DNA of 64,000 bases. Source: Felis catus. Its lineage: Eukaryota. Below the pieces are notes generated by a model that saw only the letters and a program-made list of their open reading frames with translations, made no database searches and was not told the origin of the DNA. The position numbers were made by a program, and so were the translations under genes. Location: NCBI RefSeq assembly GCF_018350175.1, contig NC_058368.1, positions 70,930,001 through 70,994,000 of the forward strand, given 5' to 3'. Below are positions 1 through 11,500 of this stretch, in pieces; position 1 is the stretch's first letter; the number at the start of each line of letters is the position of its first letter.

Positions 1-821
1 GTTCAGAGCCAAACTGAATGAAGCAAAGAAGTTAAAATCTTTTCTTGTTCCATCTGAGTAAGCATGAAAACCTACAATCCTTAATCTTTTAAAAGAAAAA
101 TAACCCTCCTCTGTTTGTGGGATTTCTGATTCATTTCTTCCGCCCTGCTCCCCTGCTCTGCATTTTTGTAATCAAATTCTGTCTGGACTTTTGTGAGCCA
201 ATAACCTCCCTCTTCACCCCTCTCCCCTCTACCCCCCCCCACCTCTACCCTATGATGACACAAAGAGCAGAGAGTCCACAAAAGACTCAGTTTCTGGGTT
301 TTGTATTGAAAAGGAGGATGAAATGCTGGATATACTTAGGAACACGAAACTGATCTGTTAAAACTTTACCAAAAAAGCAATTTATTAGCATCAGGATAGG
401 GGGAATAAAAAGTGAGAGGAATAGAGATTTTTTAAAAATGCCATGAATAGAAGTGAATATAATGTACTTTTTTGTAATTCGCACTAAATTGACTTTTCTT
501 TAGTGTCACACAAACTAGTTGGTGTGGCAGCTACTTCAACCGCCCTGCCCCCAAGTTAACAAGTAATGTAAAAACACAAGAGTCCCATGGGAGGGTAGTG
601 GGGAGCCCTGGAAAGCTATTTGTTGATGTCCCTGAACAATAACCAGGGCTGGTATACTGGCCTGTATTTTAGAGCTCAGGACCTGAGTCTTAACCATTTT
701 TCCCTGTTGCCATGATTGTGATGACAGCACTTCTCTGTGAGGTGTGTCCTGTGTCTGTGACTCTGGGTCTCCAGGGTGTCAAAGTTTGTCTGTGGCTAAA
801 CTCTTAAATAAATATTCTAAA

Positions 822-1189
822 CCAAGGGTCCAAAGGCTAAATTCTGCTAACCACTTATTTTTATACAGCCTTTGAACTAATAATTTTTCCAGATGTGTGA
901 TTTGATGATAGGGAACATTACCTTTAACTCCATTTTAGCAAAATGCTAATCCCCTCACCAAAAAAAAAAAAAAAAAAAAAAAAAAGAATGCCATTCTTCT
1001 CTCCATTAGAACTGTATTACCAAAAAGTTGTACTCAATTTTATTTTGAATTCCATCAGTAAAAAAAGGTGTGGAAAATTGTGTTTCTCTTGATGTATATA
1101 AGTCCCTGTATAATATCCCAGTATTTGTCTCCCAGCTCACAATCTGAAATAGTTACTATCTGTCCCTTTCAGACGTTTGGTGAGCCCTG
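822..1189. mobile_element. Old hAT-Charlie (MER58-like) DNA transposon with an internal poly(A) run
   Basis: Ends caagggtccaaa...tttggtgagccctg and internal tactatctgtcccttt resemble MER58; poly(A) at about 960-985. Confidence 0.5.
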
Positions 1190-1777
1190 TTTTAGACTGT
1201 CCATTATAGAGACAATTTTGAAGAGGGGAAAAGGCATTCTTGCTATCATTCCTTGTTTGAATCTTGTTTTGATTTTCTATTTTAATAGTGAAGCTTTTCT
1301 GATCAATATGGATATGAGTTACTATGCTTTGGCTTGTGCAGTGTCCTGAGAAAACTGGTGTCAGTTGTGAAGTGCAGCATAATATTGCCAGCAGCTGCCT
1401 CTTTGAAAATGTAAAGTCACTGAATAAAATACATCTGTGTTTCCTTATATAAAATAACTGGCAATAATAGTATCTATTTCATACAGTTGAGGGAATTAAG
1501 TGACAAAAGTAAATTAAGGAATCAGTAGATGTTAAAAAGAACAGAGTCTACCATTGAGAACTTGTTTGTTTGCCTTAGAATGAGTACTGATACTTTGTGT
1601 TTTAACATTTTGAATCCATGTACAGATACACTGTCGCCTGTACACTGGTAGGTACCTAAATAATGCTGCTGCTAAGCTTCAGGCAATACAAAATATAATC
1701 TCTTTCAACATGATTTTGTGGGAAATACTTGTTTAAAATAGAATTATTACTTAAGGCCTATGTATTTCTTTTGTAGA

Positions 1778-2150
1778 TTTTTTTAAAACGTTTATTTATT
1801 CAAGGGTCGCTTGGGTGGCTCAGTCAGTTATGCATCCGTGATCTCACAGCTTATGGGTTCAAGCCCCGCATCAGGCTCTGTGCTGACGGCTCAGAGCCTG
1901 GAGCCCGCTTCAGATTCTGTGTCTCCCTCTCTCTCTGCCCCTCCCCTGCTCTCTCTCTCTCTTTCTCTCAAAAATAAACATTAAAAATTTTTAAAAAATT
2001 ATTCATTTTGAGAGAGGGGGAGGGGCACAGAGAGAGAGAGGGAGAGAGAGAATCCCAAGCAGGCCCCATGTTGTCAGTGCAGAGCCCGACACAGGGCTCC
2101 ATCCCACCAACCGTGAGCTCATGACCCGAGCCAAAATCAAGAGCTGAAGT
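1778..2150 (-). mobile_element. CanSINE interrupted in its tail by an opposite-strand CanSINE
   Basis: SINE body at about 2006-2150 and tail at 1778-1802; flanks cctatgtatttct / cctgtgtatttct act as the TSD. Confidence 0.85.
1803..1998 (+). mobile_element. CanSINE (nested)
   Basis: gggtggctcagtc head, (CT)n and A-rich tail, flanked by ttattca on both sides. Confidence 0.9.
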
Positions 2151-2770
2151 CCTGTGTATTTCTAAGATAATTTTAAAGCATAAATAAACCTTATCAAAGA
2201 GCAAAAAGAGGAGCTTTTCTGGTTCAGAAAATTTTAGGATATTGGGTTGTCACTGTTTTGCTCCCTGTCTGTGACAGACTACATGATTGGAAAAAGGATA
2301 CCGGCTTGGTGTTTCACATAGCTAGAGTTTATGTCTGGGAACCCCTACGTGCATGAAGGCAATGTATGACAGAGCTGGGCATAGCATTTGCAAAGAAAGA
2401 AAATCACTGGTGATAATTGAGATGAAATCAATGAGTTCCCCTGTGCTCTTCCTCATTCTCCTGCCCCCATGATGCACTTTTTGCCTCCAGGAGTTTGTCC
2501 TCCCCCTTCCAAGGTTGTCCCCACCTCTGAGAAACCTTCTGTGAATGTCCCCTCCCACTCCTGGGCTTCTGGCCTCTGTTTGCTTTAGAGACTCCTGTTT
2601 TGGGTCTGTCTCCCTAGCTGGACCTCAACTTCCCAGATGGCTGATTCTCTCCTCATTAACATCCCCAGGGTTTGACTTAGGTGTCTGATATCTATTTGTG
2701 GAACTAATGAAAGAAAAATTTGTCTAACATTAAGAGAAAATGAATGGAAAAATCCTTCTGATTTTCCTTT

Positions 2771-2972
2771 AAAAAATTTTTTTTAATGTTTACTTATTTA
2801 TTTTGAGAGTGAGAGCATGAGCAGGGGAGGGGCAGAGAGAGGAGACAGAGGATCCAAAGCACACTCTGCACTGAGAACAGAGAGTCTGACGTGGGGCTCG
2901 AACTCACAAACCCTGAGATCATGACCTGAGCCGAAGTCAGACACTTAACTGACTAAGCCACCCAGGCTCTGC
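2771..2972 (-). mobile_element. CanSINE
   Basis: Reverse-strand tRNA head (gccacccagg) and T-rich tail. Confidence 0.9.
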
Positions 2973-3389
2973 CTTGATTTTCTTCTTTTCAGATGAGATT
3001 AATGTGTGTGGATAATCACGAAGCATTATTTTAGAGCTGATTAAAAATTCACAGAGAAGCCAATATTGATATCTAGTTTGTCCAGCTATTAAGTTCTGGA
3101 GACCTGGAGGGCATCAGAAGAGAAGATGTAACCTAATGTTTCTATTTTCTGCACTGCTGACTCTTAGACTCTTAGCCTGGATGTGGGCTCCCATCCCCTT
3201 GGTAGGTGTGTTTCCCAGACGTGGCAGAGTGCCAATCACTGTGTGCGTGTGTGTGCGCGCGCACGTGAGCACATGTGTACATGAACAGCACACCTGTGAA
3301 GTGTCCTAGGTGACAGTCTGTTTTAGACCCACATGTATAACTCACAGAGGTTAGAGAAGAGGAGGGGGAAGTGTCTCCTCTTTAGTAAT

Positions 3390-3590
3390 AGTAGCTATTA
3401 TTGATGGATTTTCTGCATGTGAAGCATTTTATCAGGTGTTACCTGCATCATTTCATTGATTTCTCACAGCAATCCTATTATATTGAACTCATAATAAACC
3501 TGAGATTTAGGGAGGCTAAGTAGCATGCTTTAGGTGCCACCAGAACCAGGCCTGCTGGATTCCGGAGCCCAATCCCTTAACTGCTCTGAT
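3390..3590 (-). mobile_element. MIR fragment
   Basis: Degenerate MIR core (ttctcacagcaatcctat...ctgagatttagggaggctaagtagc). Confidence 0.55.
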
Positions 3591-5291
3591 TTCCTTATCA
3601 CTCACCTGCTTTCCAGGGAAATGAGAGAGCAGCTCAGAGATGGCAGGTCTGGGGAATCATGACCATTTGTTTCTCCTCAAAGCATAGAACAGAGGAGTCA
3701 TTATTATTATAAATAAGTATATTATTTATCACTATCCTTCCTCCTCGGAGCTCAAGAAAAACTGAACTTTCAGAGTTAGGAATATGTCCTGGTTATTGTC
3801 CCTTTGTTCCTCTCATAACTCAGAGTAGAGCCATCACACACAGCTCTGGACTTAGTTGAGCTGCAAGTTGCAGGTGAAAAGTGAGGCAAACTGTACCACA
3901 AGTACAACCTCCAACTTTACGGGAGGGCTAGTTCCCGTGGACTTCAAGTCTTGTAACTGTTTTTGATGGATTACGTGGAATTACATGTGAGTTAAATCCA
4001 TTGAGTACCATGTGCTGAAATTCCAGGCAATGAGAAATGAGCTGCATGGTAATTGAGAATGAAGTTAAGGAAGAAAATTTTATTGTTAATCAAGGGCTTA
4101 ATTGCCTCTGGGACATTTTAAATAAATGCCATGCCGTACTTAAGGAGCGATATTCTGTAAGTGAGATGCAAAAATTCTTTAATTAAACCATCATGGGTAG
4201 TCCCTGATTGAAATATCTGTCTTTATCTTCGTAGTTAAGCCTTCATGATTCATGTAACAACTCAATCAGGGATTGAGTAAATTAAGGGCCCCTTGAAAGA
4301 AGAGATCAGTTGTATAAAATTGATTGAAATTATTTCTGGGACAGTCTTCATTGTCCTTATTTGTATTGACCAGAGCATATTTTTGGTGTATTCGCTATTT
4401 GCTGGTCTTGTAGAGAGTAAGCTGTTTTTCAGCCTGCAGGGGACAGATTGTGGCTATTGCATAGCATATAGCACCGACAGTTCTTAGAAGAATTCATCTG
4501 CAAAATGGAACAAATGTAAGGGTTTCTTGGCTGTGGAGAAACCCAATGATAATGACTTCGATGGTCCCTGTAATTTACAAGGAAGGAAGTTGGTAATGAA
4601 GTCAGTTAACAAACGTGAGTGTGGCCACATGCAAGGACTTGTGCTAGATGCTGATAAACTGTGGCAGTATCCATGAACCGAAGGGCTGAATTCTTGTTGC
4701 CAGCTGAACAGTTCCAAAGACTCCGATTCAGAAAGATGAAGGAGATTTGTCAACTCTCTCATTGTGCATGGAAAAAACAAAAAAAAAGAAAACTTAGATA
4801 TTCAAAAGTTTTGACTTACTGGATTGCTCACTTTGAGTGTCAGAAGCACTTGAAAGGAGCTTGGTAAAGTCTTGTGAAAAGAAGGGAGTGGGGGCCAGCA
4901 CCTGCGATGGGTGTGGGAAATGTACCACCAGCACATCTGTCATTGTCCTACTCTGCATTCTCTTCTAGTTGGACACTCAGCTGTGATACTCATTGTGCCG
5001 TTAGCAGAAGTCTTTATGAAAACTAAGAAAGTACACAAGAGAATACATCAGGCCTTTTAAAAACTTTAGTAATGGTTTGTTTTGCCAAACTAAACACTAT
5101 GATTTCATTTAATTCTTAAAAAGAGAAAAATTACCATCTGAAGTTACCAGTATCTTCAACATATGATCACTTGTATTTTTTTAAAGTTTTATTTATGTTG
5201 AGTAATCAGCAAATAACCTTAAATAAGTAATCAAAGGTATTTTATAGCATAGGTTCATACTGAAATTATTACCTTCTTTTTTTAGGGTTCT

Positions 5292-5483
5292 TTTTAAAAT
5301 TTATTTATTTTTAGAGAGCGAGAACAGGTGAGGAGCAGAGAAGGAGGGAGAGAGAGAATCCCAAGCAGGATCTGTGCTGTCAGCGCAGAGCTGATGCAGG
5401 GCTCAATCCCATGAACCTTGAGATCATGACCTGAACTGAGATCAAGAGTCAGACCCTTAAGCAGCTGAGCCTCCCAGACCCCC
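5292..5483 (-). mobile_element. CanSINE
   Basis: SINE body flanked by the tagggttctt TSD. Confidence 0.9.
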
Positions 5484-5530
5484 TAGGGTTCTTGATACAA
5501 AACAACTGAGGCTTTTAAAAGTAATTTCAT

Positions 5531-5750
5531 GGGGCGCCTGGGTGGCGCAGTCGGTTAAGCGTCCGACTTCAGCCAGGTCACGATCTCGCGGTCCGTGAGT
5601 TCAAGCCCCGCGTCAGGCTCTGGGCTGATGGCTCGGAGCCTGGAGCCTGTTTCCGATTCTGTGTCTCCCTCTCTCTCTGCCCCTCCCCTGTTCATGCTCT
5701 GTCTCTCTCTGTCCCAAAAATAAATAAACATTGAAAAAAAAATTTTTTTT
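5531..5750 (+). mobile_element. Young SINEC_Fc-type element
   Basis: CpG-intact ggggcgcctgggtggcgcagtcggttaagcgtccgacttcagccaggtcacgatctcgcgg; TSD aagtaatttca / aagtaatctca. Confidence 0.95.
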
Positions 5751-5761
5751 AAGTAATCTCA

Positions 5762-5967
5762 AGGGTGTCTGGGTGGCTCAGTCAGTTGGGCATCTGACTC
5801 TTGATTTCAGCTCAGGTCATGATCTCACGGTTGTAAGATGGAGCTCCCGGTCAGGTTCTGCACTGAGTGTGGAGCCTGCTTAAGGTTCTCTCTCTGCCTC
5901 TTCCTCTGCCTCTTCCTTTCACTCTGCCCTTCCTCCCCCCCCTCAAAAAAATAAAGAAGAATAAAAT
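5762..5967 (+). mobile_element. Older CanSINE
   Basis: CpG-depleted head and A-rich tail, directly after the young copy. Confidence 0.9.
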
Positions 5968-7576
5968 AAAAGTGGTTTCATTTTCAAATAAACACATAGA
6001 CACACTTTGTGAACTGAATACTTGAAAAAGAAAGAGGAGGAAAGAAAAATATTTGAGGTCATATTTTCATAAAGGCTCTGTGATGTTTGACATGTGTTGG
6101 CCAATTCTGGTCAGGTCAAAATGACAGGTCAGATTTTGCCTGCTGCCCTGGGACTACATTGGCCAGTGTGTCCCCCCTGAAGAGCTTCTCTTCCTCCAGA
6201 ATCCTTGTTATGGGCACATAGAAAGCCTATGTGGTATTCAACAGCTACAGAAGAGTCCTGTGATGGTTTAGATGTGAAATCACAACTTTTTGGCAGTGTC
6301 TGGAAACTTAATGTTGTCATGTCACAGCAAGTATAGAAATTCCCATAGGATTTTACATAATGACTCAAAGGATTAATCCTGTTCTAAACACTGTGCCCTG
6401 GGAAGAACTGTATTTGTGTAACTTGGACAAAAACAAGCATATCTGCACATAGTCTGTGAAGAAAGGGAAATGAGCCTGCACTCCAGAGCAAAACTAGCTG
6501 CCTTCCCAAATAGCTAGAAATGCAGCTTGCTTGTCCCCTTCAACCTGTTCTCAAACGACTCAAACTTATTTTAAGAAATGTTTGTGAGCCCAGGAAAACA
6601 AAATGATCTCTTAAGCATTCCCTTGCATCAATATTTTTTTGATTTTTTTAATGTCCTATAAGATGCTTTTGTGAAATCACTTTTTCTGATTGCAGTATAT
6701 GTACATTTGGGAGTGCTGTGGTAAATACACAGCTCACATGGATACTAAGGGGTTTGAAGTTCTCATGATAAATTTGCCCCTGCTATTTGCAGAGTGATGA
6801 TGCCTATATAGGAGCATGTTTCTGTAAGTGCCCATTCACTCCCTGGTTGGGTTCAGAGGGTCTCAAGTCATCTCCAGAGAATTGCCATCTCAGCATGATA
6901 TCACGTGGCCCTGGTATTTGTTAGTTGGGGGGCTGCATGGATTCTGTTTGATTATTTTCCTCATTGTCTTGTATATTCTAAATGTTGGGGCTGCCTTAGT
7001 TCATATGCTTCCAGAGAAGGTATCACGAACAACTTGATGCCCATATTATGACTTCACAAGCTGGAAAGTCGGTGTGTATAGATTCTTCATCTCTCAAACT
7101 GAGATTTTTGATTCAGAGACAGGTTGCCTGTGGACACTTCCCAGAGGCTTTGGCTGCTTGACACACAGATTGTAATCACAGTAATTAGCACTGAATTTTC
7201 AAGTCCTGCTCTCCAGCTTGACCTGGCAGCATTTAGTCAGCATGCACACAGCTGGATCAATGGCAGGAACTGAAGGACCCAGTTGTGGTGGGCATCGTCC
7301 CTGGGGAGTTCCAGGGGAGCCGCAGGGACAAGGGAGCAATGCTGAGACCTGAGACTCAAGAAGAAAAAAAATATGATATTGATAAAGGCACCTGTCAGTG
7401 GGAATTGTGTTAAAAATTATTATAAGGGACGGATGACAGTACAGACTTTGCCAGAAATTCATTTTCAGTGAATTTGTTTTTCTCCCTTTGGCTTAGTTCA
7501 GTTTTGGGTATTCCTAACATGTCCCCTGTTAAAAGTTTATACTTTCTTCCCCTAAGAGAAAGTACCTGCCTATCTT

Positions 7577-7666
7577 TTCTTTTCTTTTAAATGTTTTTTA
7601 TGTATTTATTTTTAATGTTTATTTTTGACAGAGACAGAGCATGAGTGGGGGAGGGGCACACACACG

Positions 7667-7721
<55 letters not shown>

Positions 7722-7844
7722 TCTGAAGCAGGCTCCAGGCTCTGAGCTGTCAGCACAGAGCCCGATACGGGGCTCAAACTCACAAACTGCAAGATCATGA
7801 CCTGAGCCAAAGTCAAATGCTTAACCGATGGAGCCACCCAGGCG
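7577..7844 (-). mobile_element. CanSINE with an internal (CA)n/(CG)n microsatellite
   Basis: TSD agtacctRcctatctt at 7561-7576 and 7845-7860; CA/CG repeat at about 7657-7717. Confidence 0.92.
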
Positions 7845-8309
7845 AGTACCTACCTATCTTAATCCAAAAGCTAGTGAAAAAAAACTATAGGACATGAAAT
7901 CGATGCTTTGGTGGATCAAAAATAAAGTTTTGTTTGTTTGTTTGTTTTTTAGCACCCTGCCTTTAGGTAGCTTATCTTGAATAGCACAGTTGTGGCAAAG
8001 AAGCACCTATGCCTGATTTTGAAATAGATTATCTGAGAAGTTTGGTGGTGGAGGTACAGAGACAGGGATTCATGTTCAAATAAGCTTCAGACACTTCTGT
8101 TATCTACTTGCTCATCTCAGTCCCACGGGGAGTGTGTTACCTAGAAGGTAAGGGTGATAAGAATATGGCAGCTGGAGGGGATTTCAGACCCTTGATTCCC
8201 ACCCATTGAGGGTTAATGATTTTGAATGGACACTCGAAGACTGAACACCGAATAAAAATAAATAGGTTTAAACTTACAGAAAACGTTAAAAATAATTTTA
8301 AAAAAATGG

Positions 8310-8476
8310 AGGGCACCTGGGTGGCTCAGTCGGTTAAGCATCTGACTTTGGCTCAGGTCGTGCTCTCACAGTTCGTGGGTTCGAGCCCTGCGTTGGGCTC
8401 TGTGCTGACAGCTCAGAGCCTGGATCCTGCTTCCAATTGTGTATCTCCCTCTCGCTCCGCCCCCCTCCCGCTCTCA

Positions 8477-8523
<47 letters not shown>

Positions 8524-8555
8524 AAAAATAAATAAACACTAACAAAAAAAAAATT
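8310..8555 (+). mobile_element. CanSINE
   Basis: Head, (CT)n and A tail. Confidence 0.92.
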
Positions 8556-11500
8556 TAACTTACAGAAAATACTTCACTCACAACACAAAACCATTTGAGT
8601 GTATACAGTATCTCTAATACTGTGATCATTATAGTTGGAAAGGCAAGGTAGGCAGATTTTTTTAAATGACAGGTTTTTAAAAGTTTGGTGCTTTTAGAGA
8701 TGCAAACACAATTGGTTCCATTCTGCTGCTTTGCACACCAGTACTTAATATAAAGTTAAGCTTTGAGGCACTACTTTTGCATTTTTCTGTTGTAAGCTTT
8801 TGCACTCACTTAAGTTGCTAAAATATTTGTGTGGAAAATGAGGGCAATTCTGTGTTTGAATGAACTGTTGTTGGATGTTGATAATCATTTTGTGATTTGA
8901 AAGTTAAATCCTATAACCCTCACATGCTCACATATAGTAGTTTTTAGGCCACAATTACATTTGCCACTAAGGTACCTTAGAAAGTATTTATAGATTCTGC
9001 TGTAAAATGCCCTGTTCAAGTGATGAGTGGAGCATTTCTACTCCTCATCTGCTTACAGAATGAAGTTTATCCTGAGAGTAACCTGGTGTCTTTTCTGAAA
9101 AGTTCCTTAATATCCAATAGCTCATTCAGGCATGAGCTTAGGATTTTTTCCAGAAATTCTTTCATAAATCAACAGGAAGCCTTCTTTTCCAGTTTTATTA
9201 TAAAGGGGGAAATGATGGTAAAACTTAAACACACATTGTTATTTTAACATCTAGTCTTACATCTGTTGAGGAGTTGTGTTTTTACTTAAAAATAGTTTCG
9301 CCGAGAATCAAAACCAGAGAATTATGCCTGTTCCCAACCTTCTGTCAACGATGGCTCTTTGTTAAAAGCACACAGCAGAAAACACTATGTTAATACACTA
9401 TGTTGGCTTAAAAAGCCAAATTAAGAAACTTGAAAGCTTCAACATTTAATTTTTTTTTAATGATTTAAGTAAATTGCGGTAGAAATCTGTGCCAGACTTT
9501 TAAAGGGTACTCACATCTTGCCTTTATAAGTAACTGTGGAATTAGACATACCATAAATTTACTTCATATTTTCTTAGTAAGTTTGAATTTCCAGATAGCC
9601 TCTACCTGTTATATTGTAGATTCTACAAAGCTATTCCGTTTCATGTTGAAGAGACCCAGTCAACATTAGTACACATTTTTTCCCCCTTAAGTGCAAAAAG
9701 TAGATCGCAACAGGGACTATTGAATTCTGAATCCATCGGTTGTTTTCTCTTTTATCCTTCCTGCCCTTCTGTGTTGTTTATTTCATTTTGTTGCTGGGGA
9801 CTGTGGGGCTTTTTCACCTCAGACTTTGGCTCTCCCTTCTTCTTTTCTTTTGCTTTACAATTCACACGAGGACAGGGTGGTAGGCTTTTTTGTTCTTGTT
9901 TTGGGTTTTTGTTTTTGTGGGGTTTTTTTTGCATATTCCTCCCTTTCCTCCAGATCTTGTTGGTGACCAAATTTAAAACACTACAGTGTTTAGGATCCCT
10001 GCAGGGCCATTTTAAGTATTTGGACCCTCAGAGGGCCCCAAGCAATAACTACCTGAATTGCTTTTAATTACACAATATAGCTGCATCATTTTACTTCAGA
10101 TTCTTTTTGATTGATGCTGCAAGGCAATTGTGACCGCGGATGATGGGATTAAGTGCCTCTTGAAGTGACTTTAGCTTCTTGTGGGAACAAAGGGAGAGAG
10201 GAGAACACTTAGTCCCTTTTTTCCTGAACTGCCTTTTTCTTCGCTTTCGCTTTCGTATAAAGAAATACAATTAACAAACATTATCCCCAGAGGTAAATTG
10301 AAATGTACATGCAGACAAGAACTGCTCTTGACTGCGATTAGACATATATGATCCGAGGTATTCTGACCATTCATTAGTGTTAATTATTTGAGAAACAAGC
10401 CTAGAACAAATGATTAAAATGTAGGCGCCATAACTGGGATTATTAGCATGTGTGATAAAATGTGTGCTCTGCAGCTGTACTAATAAAACGCTTTGGAAAG
10501 TGGCTTTGATTAGACAAATGCTTGGTTTAGCTCTGTGGTGAGCTCTTGGTGTTTGCTCAAGACCTGGTGGTGTTTATAACAAACAACTTGTATCTTTCAT
10601 TCTTAATTAGTGAGAATTACTATGCAAATGTTGGTATTTTGTAATTTAATATCCTATCGTTTTCCCTGCCCTTCGATTGTTGTTGCAGTCTACTCGTCTT
10701 GCTGGGAATGGGACAAACTGAGCTCTTAGGCTGTGCTGGATGCCAGGGAAAATGACTGCAAAGTTTGCTCTCTTATTTGGTTTATGAACTATTTAGTTGC
10801 TTAAATAGATCCTCTTGTATTCAGAACTTATATTACGGTCCCAGAGATCTGGCAGGGGTAACCTAATCAAACATAAACCAACCGGAAGCTGGTTGGCCCA
10901 TGTGGGCAGTCAGCATTCTGCTAAGTCCACCAGCCTAACCCAAGCTGAGTGAATGGAACCAGGGGGAAGGCAGAAATGGCCAGCAGAGTAAGGACCAATT
11001 CCCCTGGAAAATGAATCTAGAAGTTTGGGCTTAGCAAAGAAATGTGAGCTCAGCTAAATGTAGAGTCAGCAACAAAAACTTGAGGGGGCACAAGTGGGAG
11101 TGGAAAGAAGATATGAGAGGGAAGAATGGAACCACGGTGCCCAAGAGTTGTTGGGAAATATGCCAGGCAATCAGAAGCTGAACTCAGAGACTGGTCTAAG
11201 AGTGGGTGTTTTGTGTCTCCTGACTTGTAGCTTAAATGTTCCCCTGTACCTTGCTTGCATTTTTGAAACCAGAGTCAGAGGAAGAATCATTTGGAGGTTG
11301 TCCATTTGGTGCCATGAAAACCTTCAACAGTTTGTCATTCTCAAGTGGTCTGTCCTTGTCATCCAATAGTCTTCTGAGTCACCTACTTCATAGCATATCA
11401 TTAGCACTTTCCAAAGGAAGACAAATATCAGTGTTAGTCTAGAGAGAATGTAAAATTAAATTAGCTTTTAAATTAGTTCATGCATTCCAAAGACAAACAC

